Positions 1 through 11,865 of a stretch of DNA of 59,039 bases are shown here, piece by piece; the first letter of the stretch is position 1; every line of letters begins with the position of its first letter. The translations under genes were made by a program, and so were the position numbers. Under the pieces are notes generated by a model. It was not told the origin of the DNA, did not search any database, and saw only the letters and a list, made by a program, of their open reading frames with translations. The stretch spans positions 96,822,158-96,881,196 of the forward strand of contig NC_068989.1 of assembly GCF_001194135.2 (NCBI RefSeq). Direction: 5' to 3'. Source of the DNA: Octopus bimaculoides. Taxonomy: Eukaryota.

Positions 1-156
1 TTTCCATTATTTTCAATTATGCAGATTTTCCATTATTTTCAATTATGCAGATTTTCCATTATTTTCAATTATGCAGATTTTCCATTATTTTCAATTATGC
101 AGATTTTCCATTATTTTCAATTATGCAGATTTTCCATTATTTTCAATTATGGAGAT
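1..156. repeat. 26-bp tandem minisatellite (TTTCCATTATTTTCAATTATGCAGAT)x6, open at the window start
   Basis: Five identical units plus a sixth with one substitution (GGAGAT), read directly. Confidence 0.95.
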
Positions 157-870
157 TTTTTTGCATTATTTAGAAATGATATTCATTATGCTTAAAGTGT
201 AACTGAGAAGCCGTTTGAATATTCAATAAAATATGACGACAATATCCCAGGAGCGTCATCTGGTCTTTCGCTTTAATGGCCATATGTAAAAAGCATAATG
301 TAATTGTTACTATCATATAAACAAAATCAAAAAAATTATTTTATTGAATTATGATTATAAAAAAAACTGAAAGAGTTTTTTTTTTTTTAAGAAAGAATAA
401 AAGTAACAAGAAATAAAATTTCAAAATAATATTCTGCATTGAAGTCCAATTATTTTGAAATTATTTTTTTAATGGTTCAGAACTTTTTCATTTCCCCACA
501 TTTTATGTCTTTCCTACATTTTGTGATCTTAAAAAACAAAAACAGTCTCATGTTTGACCAGAAAACTAGTTGAGAAATTACCAATTTGTATTCTCTTATT
601 GTCTTTATTATCAAGACACTAAACTCACAACAGATAAAAAATATTTCATCTTTTTTCCAAAGTAAGATTCTGCTAGAAACATAAGAGTTCTTGTCTTCCT
701 CATAAGAAAGTAATTTATTCCAGTTTGTAAACTGCTTGTTGCTACTTTTCACTAATATCATTTCAATTTTACCGTTTCACTCTCAACAATACAACCTCTC
801 TTGTGGATGTCTACATATGACCAGCTGCCTCATTCAAATGTATATAAATTTCTTTCATCACAATTTGAAT

Positions 871-1230
871 GCAGGCATGGCTGTATGCTAAGAAGTTTGC
901 TTCCCAACCACATGGTTCTAGGTTCAATCCTATTGTACAGCAACTTGGGTGAGGGTTTTCTATTATAGACCCTGGCCAACCAGCACCTTGAGAGTGAATT
1001 TGTTTGACATGAACTGAAAGAAGCCCATAATGTCTAATATATATTTTTTACTTGTTTCAGTCATTAGACTGCAGCCATTTTGAGGCCCTGATTTGAAGAA
1101 ATTTTAGTCAAACGTATCAACTAGTACTTATCTTTTTTTTAGCATGGTACTTATTTTATTGGTCATTTTTACTGAACTGCTAAATTATGAGGATGTAAAA
1201 ATGCCAGCACCAGATGTCAGGTGGGGGTGA
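871..1230. mobile_element. Decayed SINE family A: 5' half on +, 3' half on -
   Basis: Matches the head (ggctgt..gtaagaagtttgcttcccaaccacatgg) and the reverse-complemented tail (cttgtttcagtcat) of the clean copy at 17895-18272. Confidence 0.7.
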
Positions 1231-1251
1231 GAACAAAGACAGACACACAGG

Positions 1252-1282
<31 letters not shown>

Positions 1283-4200
1283 CATCGTCATCATCATCCT
1301 CGTCACCATCGTTTAACATCCACTTTTCATGCTGGCACACGCACAAACAGGATTGTTTCAGTTTCCATCTTCCAAATTCACTCAGAAGGTTTTGGTCTAC
1401 CCAAGGCTATAATAGAAGACACTTGATCATGGCATCATACTGTAGGACTGAAGCCAGAACCATATGGTTGGAAGTATATAAACATATATATATACATGTG
1501 TGTGTGTGTGTATATATGTGTCTCTCTCTATATATATATATGTATATGTATATGCATTTATATATGTATATACGTACATATATATTTTTTCGCTGTATTG
1601 CATATTCGTTTCATTTTTGCGTCTGTTATTTTATTATCAATCTTCTATAGAAATAAAGCGATATCCATCACTTTGTTACTTTTCTTTACATGAACTGAGA
1701 AGATACATTGCAGAACTGTTATTTTAATGAGATGTATTTATTTATCACCTGAAGTGACACATCTGCACTGTCAGATGCTGCTGAACCAATTGTTAAGCAT
1801 TCCACCCATGAGGGAGGATCGATGCTAGAAGGTGGGGGGGTGAAACAATTGTAATGATGACCATCTATCCTAACTACATACCCCATCATGATTATAATCA
1901 CCAGTCCCCCACAGCTTTGGTCATCCCTACACCAATATCTGGGAATGCAGCAAAGAGTTTGACCAGAGCATGCACAAACACAGACACATGCCCTAGCATT
2001 GTGGACATCCACCCAAAAGACTGTTTTCCACCCCACCAATATAAGCCCCCTCATGCATACATAAATGCCTTAAGAATTTAACCAAAACATAAAAGAAAAC
2101 ACTAATGAACACACATGTGCCACTTCCGCCCCACACCACAGAGGCTATACATATCGTACCACTATACACATTCCATTAAAGATACATATATTTCTCAGAA
2201 AATCTTTTCCAGAAAACTCTCGTCAACTTGCACCCCCCCCCCCCCAGAGATGGTGTTTTTGGTACCAAGGGACATAAACTCTTAACTAACCTTTACTCAG
2301 TTCATATTGTCTTTTTCACAGCAACCACAAACTGGATGTCTGTTCACCTCTAACTCTGTTGAATCCCTAATGCAAAACCAATTGTTAAGATTGGCCAGAA
2401 TGGATTAATACATATATATATATATANNNNNNNNNNNNNNNNNNNNNNNNNNNNNNNNNNNNNNNNNNNNNNNNNNNNNNNNNNNNNNNNNNNNNNNNNN
2501 NNNNNNNNNNNNNNNNNNNNNNNNNNNNNNNNNNNNNNNNNNNNNNNNNNNNNNNNNNNNNNNNNNNNNNNNNNNNNNNNNNNNNNNNNNNNNNNNNNNN
2601 NNNNNNNNNNNNNNNNNNNNNNNNNNNNNNNNNNNNNNNNNNNNNNNNNNNNNNNNNNNNNNNNNNNNNNNNNNNNNNNNNNNNNNNNNNNNNNNNNNNN
2701 NNNNNNNNNNNNNNNNNNNNNTCGTCTTTGGTAAGTTTAATTTGAAATTAATGAGTAGTAGCCATATTTTCACTTCTCTGCAACAATCAGTTTAAAAAGA
2801 CCCTAAATTTTGTTTCAAATTTTCAAAAACTAAAAAAAAAAAACCCTTTTTCCACTTTGATGGCACCAAGCAAATTCCTGGTGCAGCTCCCAAGCTTATC
2901 AGGTTTCAGTCAAACCATCCAACCCATGCTAGCATGGAAAAGGGACATTAGATGATGATGATGATATATGTGTATATATATGTATAGAAATATGTGTATA
3001 TATAAATGTGTGTTAGTCTCTCCTTGCTTTGACTTTGTATGATTGTTCTTAACAAATGTTACCATCATGCAATCTCTGTTGTTTCTTACCAACCTTCCAT
3101 GTCTGGTAGGAATAGAGAAAGATTGCGTTGCTTGGAAAGAGGTCAGGGTTGGGGTCAGGAAATCTTGAAACAAAACTGAATACTGGCATACATAGATACA
3201 CACACACATATATATAGAGAGAGAGCTACATATATACATGTGTGTGTTTGAAATTCTAAGCATGCTTTTGTAATGGTCTGCCAGCAAATGACACCATCTG
3301 GACACCCTTGTTTACAAACCAGTGACCACAGGGGAAATATGAAGTCACGCACACACACACAACAGACTTCTTTCAGTTTTTGTCTAACTGATCCACACAC
3401 AAGGTTTCCTATTCTTTCTCTCTCTTTGTATATGTATGTATACATATTCATGCATACATACAAACATACATACATGCATATGCCCATGCACATATGTGTG
3501 TATACACACATATATAAGCATATCTACTCACATACACACACATATACAGTGTGAGAGGGGGATGAAGGAGAGAGAATTGATTGAGGTGTAACATCATTAA
3601 AAATAAACATGAAATTTATGTTTATTTTATTTAAGGAAATCATTTATTGGTAAAACCGTATTTAGCCTTAAGATATATCTTAAAAGATTTCAGTCACAAG
3701 CATAATCACAATGACTGACCAATAAACTTTCAATATATACACTCCCTTTTTAATTTTTCTCACATTCATTCTTTCTTTCTTTTTATTTGGGTGGGGGGGT
3801 AGAGTTGGGTGAGGCTGGTTGACTTTTCATTTCCAGTGAATGTTAGATATATTTATTTTCATTATTAATAATAACAAAAACAGAAAAAAAATAATGATAG
3901 CTGACAGACAAAAAGGTCTGAAAAACATCTCCAATAATGATTCTACATACAACTGTCTTCTATTAAAATAAAAGAGTAATTCTTAGAAGCCTTGACAGTC
4001 TCTTGCTTCTAAAATATTTGTGGATGTGTAGATATATTTGCATGTGTGTGTGTGTGTGTGTGTGTGTGGATAGATAGATAGATACATATATGGACAGACA
4101 GACAGACAGATGGATATGAGCGTGTGTACTGGAAATTTGAAATATAAGTGAAATATTAAAAAGAAATGATTATTTATTTCTGTATTTTTCCAATATTTTA

Positions 4201-4961
4201 CCTCAAAGTCTGCCAGCCATTTATGAAGAAGTGTTGTTATCACAGAATTAGCTCTGGTTTTCAAAACTTAAAAATGAAGTCCATTCCCAACTATTTTCAA
4301 TTATTATTTTCCATCATTATCTTATTACATTCATAAAGACAGATATTTAACATGTTCAAACATTCTTAGCGTTGCCTTTCTCCTCAAGCATATTTTATCA
4401 TTCATCATAGAATAATTTTTTTTGCTTCCTATGAAAGGATTAAAGTTTTCAAATTAAATTATATATAAACTATTTTCTAAATTTTTTGTTTTCGTACAAT
4501 TTTTCACCAGAAATTTAGCGTTTATATTTCTTCTATTTGCAAAAATTATATATTAGAAAAAAATGAACTGTTTTGACAAAATAGGGTACACAATCTTTAT
4601 ATTATATGAAAAGTTATGTGTCATCCAAAAAGCTTTTCAACTTTCAAATTATTTCTGTGTAGAACTTTTATACGAAATCATTTTTGTTACTATTTAACCC
4701 AGATGTTGATGGCATTTATCTTGTTGCCAGAGCTGATCTGTGACTGTGGTACACTCAATACACAGCTGTAACTAGATACCACGGTATCAGAACAACTCCA
4801 AGTGGGATTGTAGATATGTCCATGATGTTCTTTATTTGATTTAATTTGTGAATATACAATTATATTGTTTAGTACTGAGCATACATATTGATGTAAACAT
4901 GTGCATATAATTTTGCACATTGAAATTAATACTACAGGGAGAAGGTTACAAAACAGCTATC

Positions 4962-6190
4962 ATCATCATCATTGTCGTTTAACGTCTGTTTTCTATGCTG
5001 GCATGGGTTGGACTGTTTGACTGAGGGCTGGTGAGCCAGAAGGCTGCACCAGGCTCCAATCTGATCTGGCAGAGTTTCTACAGCTGGTTGCCCTTCCTAA
5101 TGCCAACCACTCCAAGAGTGTAGTGTGTGCTTTAACGTCCCACTGGCATGAGGGCCAGTCAGGTGGTACTGGCATCAACCACACTCAAATGGTGCTTTTT
5201 ATGTGCCACCTGCACAGGAGCCAGTTAGGCGGCACTGGCAACGTTCACACCTGAATGGTGCTTTTAATGTTCCACTGCCACAAGTGCCAGTCAGGCGGTA
5301 CTGTCATCGATCACAACAATGATTTCTCTTGCCTCAACAGGTCTTTGCAAGCGGAGATTATTGCCCAATGTTTGAAGGGTACTCTTAAATGGGCTGGTTA
5401 TGCAGCACTGGCCACAGTTATGGTCTCACTTCGCTTGCCAGGTCTTCTCAAGGACAGAATATCTCCAAAAGTGCTGATCGCTTGTCATAACCTCGGAGAG
5501 GCCCAATGTTCGAAGGTCATATTTCACCACCTCATCCCAGGTCTTCCTGGGTCTACCTCTTCCACAGGTTCCTTCAACTGCTAAGGTGTGAATCTTTTTC
5601 ACACAGCTGTCCTCATCCATTCGCAACACATGACCATACCAGCTCAGTCGTCTCTCTTGCACTCCACATCTGATGCTTCTTATGTCCAACTTGTCTCTCA
5701 AGGTGCTTACATTCTGTCGTGTCTGCACACGGACATTACACATCCATCGGAGCATACTGGCTTCATTCCTTGCAAGCTAACACATGTCCTCAGCAGTCAC
5801 AGCCCATGTTTCACTGCCACATAGCATGGCTGTTCACACACATGTGTCATACAGTCTACCTTTTACTCCGAGTGAGAAACCCTTTGTCATTAGCAGAGGT
5901 AAGAGCTCTCTGAACTTTGCTCAGGCTTATTCTAGCAGCTACACTCTCAGAGCATCCCCCCCCTACTAACTTGGTCACCTAGGTAATGGAAGCTCTCAAC
6001 TATTTGTAGTTTTTTCCCCTGGAATGTGACGGAAGCTGTTCTCTGCACATTTTCAGTATTCATTGCTCCTAAGCATCTGCCACACACAAAAGTTATCTTC
6101 CTAGTTAGCCTTCCTTTGATATTGTTGCACCTCTTATGTGTCCATAGCTTACACTGGGTACATCTTATGGCTCTCACACTTCCTGACTTT
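4962..6190 (-). mobile_element. 5'-truncated RTE-like LINE (PHD finger, C-terminal domain, 3' UTR ending in (GAT)n)
   Basis: ORFs 5947-6213 (IRCTQCKLWTHKRC...FVCGRC...FHYLGD) and 5426-5755 (RRLSWYGHVLRM...GRGRPRKTW) are typical RTE ORF2 C-terminal motifs; the tail is shared with many copies in the window. Confidence 0.9.
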
Positions 6191-6207
6191 GTTTTATATG
6201 AATATAC

Positions 6208-6265
<58 letters not shown>

Positions 6266-6412
6266 TATTCATGTAAAATAGTGTACATTTAATACACATT
6301 AGAGATGCCCATAAAGGGCATCTAACTCGCTAGAAAGAGCAGCCAAAGCTCTGCACCACAAAAATGGGATAATTTTCGAAAAGGAATGAAAAATAAAAAC
6401 ATTTACCATCTA

Positions 6413-6463
6413 TATTTCGAACCGGGTTTCAAGTTATTTTAGCAAACTATCATCAGCGAAATA
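6413..6463 (-). ncRNA. Minimal type I hammerhead ribozyme motif (Penelope-type)
   Basis: Minus strand reads TATTTCG-CTGATGA-T AGTT tgctaaaat AACT T-GAAA-C CCG GT T-CGAAATA: 7-bp stem I, intact CUGAUGA/GAAA core, 4-bp stem II, short near-palindromic stem III, GUU triplet. Confidence 0.75.
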
Positions 6464-6589
6464 GCCTAGAGCGACAATATATGCACGAGACACTCCATCT
6501 GACTTATGCATATATGTCTAATTTTTCAAAATTACTGTGCATGTGTGGAATACCTAATCAGCAGCAAATACAAAAAAAAAAAATTGTTG

Positions 6590-7241
6590 GAATTCCTGAA
6601 GTCTTGCATGTGTGGCATGCTTGTTGCCTGCAGCCTACAGTACCATGCTATCTGTTCTTTTCATCTATCTAATACTTTGCTGATTATTCTGGCCATGTCA
6701 AGGAGGCAAACATTTCTACTGGCCACTCTATTCCAATTTCTTTTATATCGATGTCTTCTGATACTCTTCGCAAGGACCCAACAATAATTGGCACTATCTT
6801 CACCTTCTTCATTTTCCATAGCCGGGCTATTTCGTACTTAAGAGGGTTGTATTTATATATTTTTTTGCCTTCCTTCTTGACTATTTGTGGATCAAAGGAG
6901 CGCATGACATCAGCTACATAACACATTTGGTACATCTTGTCAACCACCACTGGTATAGTCTGTTATGCTGAAGCACCTGATCTGTTTGGATTAAGAAAAC
7001 CCCTAGAATTTTGCAAGTCTCCAACTCCATCACTCTCTGCAGTTTGTGCTCATATCATGCCTTGCTTCTTTCTAGCCCCCACTTTTTGGACAGTTTGCAA
7101 TGTAGCACTTTCGCTACCTTATCATGTCACCTCAACTAGTAGGGGTTTGGGGCAAGTCTAGGGCATTCGTTCATGATATGGGCAATGGTTTCATCCACTC
7201 TGTTACAGATGTAGCACAGCTGAGACACTTGTTCATTCCTC
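6590..7241 (-). mobile_element. R4/Dong-like RLE-type non-LTR retrotransposon, 3' fragment
   Basis: ORF 6684-6950 (VVDKMYQMCYVADV..SFDPQIVKKEGKKIYKYNPLKYEIARLWKMKKVKIVPIIVGSL) is the restriction-like endonuclease C-terminus; a decayed CCHC knuckle region lies upstream. Confidence 0.8.
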
Positions 7242-7273
<32 letters not shown>

Positions 7274-7660
7274 GTTTTACTTATCAGAGTGCTCAATCTT
7301 GTTTACTCTTGCAGATTCTGTGAGAGCAGACAGTAGCCTGCTGTCAGAGGTCTCACGGGGTCTCTTTCCACACAATACAAGCTTTGATACTTGGTTGTTA
7401 ATTATTGTGGGAGACACTGAACATCTAAATACCAATCTCAAAATCCTAGCTGTCCCCGGCAGAGCAGTTTTTGGGGGCTTGCTCTGCTCTCCTGTCAATT
7501 CGGATTTCTCTTATATATTTCTCAAACCTGGTTGTTAGTGCTCCAAGGGTCCCTACAACTACTGCAATGACAGACACTCTCCTTATAGTCCACATTCTTG
7601 CGATTTCGTCTGTTAGTAGTCTGTACTTTTCTATCTATTCTAGTTCTTTGTCATTTACGC
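7242..7660 (-). mobile_element. Second R4/Dong-like element: ORF end, 3' UTR and (AAT)n tail
   Basis: KTALPGTARILRLV C-terminal motif (ORF 7277-7498), then a UTR ending in (TTA)~10 at 7242-7273 on the + strand. Confidence 0.75.
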
Positions 7661-7850
7661 AAATGGCACCCATGCCAGTGATATGTAAAAGCACCCATTA
7701 CACTCTCAGAGTGGCTGGCATTAGGGTAGGCATTCAGAAAGCATGCCAAATGAGAATGGAGTTTGCTGCAGCCTCCCAGTTTACCAGCCCTGGTCTCAAC
7801 CATCCAACCCCTACCATCATGGACAATGGACATTAAATGATGACAATGAT
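7661..7850 (+). mobile_element. RTE-tail repeat (LINE 3' end or tail-sharing SINE)
   Basis: gtaaaagcacccattacactctcagagtggctggc...ccatccaaccc...aaatgatgac; the same tail recurs more than 12 times in the window. Confidence 0.8.
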
Positions 7851-8646
7851 ATATATACACACACACACACACACAATTACATATATATGTGTGTGTGTGT
7901 GTGTGCATGTATGTTTGTGCATGTGTTCATGCAAATGCTTGTGAATGTTTCTATATTCTACGCTCATCACCACAAGAATGAAGAGGTCCCAAAGTTGATA
8001 TCACATGTACTTTTAGAGAGACCTGCATAATAAAATTATCCCTTACTTGAAAAACAGGGAAGTATTGATGAAAGGTAAAACATCCAACCCTAACACCCTG
8101 TTTCAACTCAATCTGCAAATGAAACCCATGGTAGCATGGAAAAAAAAAGAACATTAAGCAAATGAACAAATGAGTGAATATACAAAGTGTTCCACTGAAT
8201 CTTCAAGCACCAACAAGCTTAAATTCTCGTAATTCTAGCTCTAACCAAACTTGATTCGTTATAGTGAAATACATCTTTTTATATCCTCTCCCCAAAACTT
8301 GTGACTACTTTATAAAATACTCCAATATTTAAAGATAACTATTGATAAAAGAACCCTTGCTTATTCCTTTGGTTTCTTTGAAAGAAAATACAGTGCTTAC
8401 TGCAATAGCTACTGGGGAAAAAAAAGAATATCAAACCATCAGAATGTGGGGAATTATTTGCTAGACTGTTTCAAATTGTTTTTAGCTTAAACCTATAAAC
8501 CAAAATTTCAAAGAAATAGTCCAAGGAGATAAACCACTTCTCAACTGAAGGAGGAGGAACTATTTTTTTTTTGTTTTGTTTTGCTTTTATTTTTCTTGAA
8601 TATTTTGGTGTTGATATACATATAGTTTTTCTTGAGTCAGTTGTTG

Positions 8647-8705
<59 letters not shown>

Positions 8706-9494
8706 CACACACATATACATAATACACACATATTTTTACTTCTACATGTGTGTGTGTATATATGTACATGTGTATATATATGTGTATGTGTGTGTAAGTT
8801 TTATTCAAAACAAGAGAAGCAAAAAGAAAAAAAAAACAATAATTTTAAGAAATCGATTAGAGAAGTCGTGTTGTAGGATATTGAATTTGTGTGTCTATTA
8901 CATTGACACCACAGAGATATGTTAATGTCAAAGGAAATTGGAAATAAAATGAAACCGAATTACTGCTGATAATAAATATCTCATTCATAAAGAAAACAAG
9001 CCATGAAAAAATCAAAAGCCATAGAGAGAAGCCAGTTATGGCCAATATTTTATGGATTGTCATTTATGGATTGCATCTGAATCTTTTGCAATAAGTAGTC
9101 TTTGTTGTTGTGTTTTTTTAAAAAAATGAAAAAAAAAAACACAGACATATTATGTCATTAAAAGTGATTCAAGCTACATCATCATCATCTATTTTCCATG
9201 CTGGCATGGGTTGCACAGTTTGACAGGGTCTGACACACTACGGAACTGCATCAGTTTTGCATGTTTTTTTACAGCTGGATGCCCTTCTAGCACCAACCAT
9301 TTCACAGAGACAACAGGGTCCTTCTTTTACGATACTGGCACTAGTGAGGCTGATAAGTAACTTGCAAGACAAAATAATGGAAGGAGGAAGAGAAAAGCCC
9401 TCAACTGAGTGGGAGTATATTGAAATGACATTGAAATCATTGTAATTTCTTATTTTCTTAAGAATATTTTAGCCCATGTTCTTGTATGAATGTT

Positions 9495-9960
9495 TGTGAA
9501 TGAATCAGCAAGTAGAAAAATCTAAGGGGAGGTAATTGGTGATAATTATTACTTGGGACAGAGGAGGTAATTGCTCATTTTGGGGTTGGGATAAATAAAC
9601 ATACAAAATCTTAAATTGTTTCTTTGCACTGGTAGATGGGGAAAACTGAAATTTGGTTGGAGATTTTCTGCACATCTCTCTGTGTTCACTCAAAGGTATC
9701 TATCTATACCTTGATAAATGGCTCTGTTCCTTATGTAGTGTGGTTATCCATCTATGTGACATACTTGTCTGCCCTCTATAGTTGTGTCCATAACCTGAAC
9801 AAGCTATAGCATAAATTAAATTCTCAGATGCACAAGTGAAGTTGATCTTAATTGTGAACCTCTCTCCTTGTTTGAATTGGAATTCCATGCCTTACTGTTG
9901 GTTGGGGTATGTTTCACAGTTTGGATGTTCACATTTTTTTAACCATTGGTTTTGTGGTTG
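9495..9960 (-). mobile_element. Penelope-like element, GIY-YIG endonuclease remnant
   Basis: VKKCEHPNC...EFQFKQGERFTIKINFTCASENLIYAIACSGYGHNYRGQT (LIY..C..C..YxGQT GIY-YIG signature) with frameshifts. Confidence 0.85.
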
Positions 9961-10103
9961 GTGTTAGGAAAGGCACTAAGTAATAGAAACCAAGCCAAAA
10001 CCAGTTCCAGTCAAACCATCTAACCCATGCTAGCATAGAAAGTGGATGCTAAATGATGATGATGTTGATGTGTGTGCGTGCATTTATAGTAAAGGATCAA
10101 GTT

Positions 10104-10388
10104 CTGATTGGTTGTAAATTTAATGATGTCATTTGTTTTTCTCAATCTTGCTGGCCACCTTAATATGTCACTTGGTTTCCGGATGTTTTGACAGAAGTCT
10201 AGCAATCTGGTTGGTTGACTTCCAGGTGATGTCATTTATTTGTTGAACATTTTGATCCCTTGTCTTTGACCAGTAGAAATCCAGTACCCTGATTGGTTGA
10301 TTTTCTGCTAACATGTTTGCTTTTGTCAAAGGGTTTGGTAACCTGTTTTTGTCTGTCTGACGGTCATCTCCAGCATTCTGATTGGTTG
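10104..10388 (-). promoter_or_regulatory. Array of four CAACCAA(T/C)CAG CCAAT-box-like motifs, 82-103 bp apart
   Basis: CTGATTGGTTG at 10104, 10289 and 10378; CTGGTTGGTTG at 10207. Function is inferred only. Confidence 0.35.
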
Positions 10389-10559
10389 ATTTCCTTCAGA
10401 AGCTACTGGTTCGGTTTGTTAAGTGTCTATTTGTTTTTTTCCTGGGGGTTCAGTTTTAATCAGAAAACAATCTATTTAAGTTCAACCCAAGGTGACATCA
10501 GTGACTGGTGTTTGAGAGGGTGTAAGGTGTTATTATACAGTAGTTTGGAGTTTGAACCC

Positions 10560-10900
10560 CTGATTTTGAATTCCTCGATGTATAGGTGGAGTGATGTTTT
10601 ATGTGAATGTTTGACCTGACTTCAGTTCATATGTTGACCCTTCCATAAGGTTGATGCATGTTCCGCAGTTAGGGTGATCACATTTTTTGACTAGTGGGGT
10701 TGTATTTTTTGTGGGTAATTTGGTGCTAATAAATAACTGTTTTAGGGATTTAGGATGTTTTTTACTTTTAATAATATTTTATGCATTTTGAGTGTTTTTT
10801 TGTCATTCACAGGTCAGTCATCAGAAATGGTATTTTCTGATTTCCAAGCCTTTTGGCTCGAGTGTTCCTTAGTGACTGTCAACTTCCAAGTTGAACTCAG
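10560..10900 (-). mobile_element. Second Penelope-like fragment (RT-to-endonuclease linker)
   Basis: Minus-strand translation KHPKSLKQLFISTKLPTKNTTPLVKKCDHPNCGTCINLMEGSTYELKSGQTFT, paralogous to the 9495-9960 fragment. Confidence 0.75.
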
Positions 10901-11057
10901 CCCATCTAAATTTTGCAAACTATCTTTGAACGATTGATTCCCCTACAGCCTCTTCACCATAAACACAAATGATTTTACATGTTTTCAGAGCATTCTTCAC
11001 CCTTTTCAATGAAGAAAGGCATTATGTGGTAAATGTGCAACTTTTGCCTATCCATTT

Positions 11058-11103
11058 CAAAGGAGTAACAAAGGAGTAACAAAGGAGTAACAAAGGAGTA
11101 ACA
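11058..11103. repeat. 11-bp tandem repeat (CAAAGGAGTAA)x4
   Basis: Four identical units, read directly. Confidence 0.95.
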
Positions 11104-11777
11104 GGCTGACTTTTAATGTGGAATTTAGCTGATAGGCTTTAATACTGCATCCAAGTAGTTCTGAAATAGGAGTCATACTAAGATTAGGCTTGTTGCATGA
11201 AGGGCTTAAAGACACCAATAGTTACTAGTCATTAGATGCCGTTGTAGTATCTCTTCATACCATAATAGTCATACACTAACTTCTTCTGTCTTACTATTGT
11301 TGATAGCTCCACAAGACACCAACTAAAACCATTGACTCCCAATCCTCTCTTGAAGACCGGTTTCTTTATAAGGACTCTTTCCTACTACTTTTTACCAGAT
11401 GGAGTATACAGTTTCACTCGACTACAAAATGATAATCACCTTCCCCAATTTTATCTGTTTCTAGTAAAAAATACTGAATAATTCATTTTTTTATGTCAAT
11501 TTCTAATTTTGAACAGTTCTATATGAAGCATACTTTGAATATGTTAGTTTTACTTTTCTTTTTCCTGCCTTTCCTTTCTTTTCTAATTTCTTTCTTTCTC
11601 TATATTGTATTGGATATTTGTTCTTAAGAGGCATTTCTGTTGTCAAGGAGACAGTGTTAATAAGTGCATGAAACTAATCAATATGTAATGCCACATTGTT
11701 TTATATTGCACTTGAAACGTACCATCATCTGTTTAGCATGTCTTTCTTCTATACCTTTTTTTCTTTTCACTTTCTAG

Positions 11778-11865
11778 GCCTCAGCTTGGTATCGATGTTT
11801 TCAAATGGGATGCTTGTCATTTGCCACTTGCCAGTCACAGTGTAGATGTTTTCATCACTGACTTG
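11778..11865 (+). CDS. THUMPD3: THUMPD3-like tRNA (guanine-N2)-methyltransferase, internal exon (88 nt; phase 2 in, phase 0 out)
   Basis: ttttcactttctag|G...TTG|gtagga; encodes PQLGIDVFKWDACHLPLASHSVDVFITDL, matching the WD..LPL...SVD...TD(L/M) motif of the UPF0020 methylase domain. Confidence 0.9.

Noticed and set aside
2180-2226. Hammerhead-like TTGACGA...GAAATATATGTA on the minus strand
   Set aside because: C3 is mutated, stem I does not pair and stem II is poor; too decayed to call
11399-11481. Possible exon DGVYSFTRLQNDNHLPQF after ttttaccag
   Set aside because: It hits an in-frame stop with no good donor; the DNH match to THUMPD3 looks coincidental
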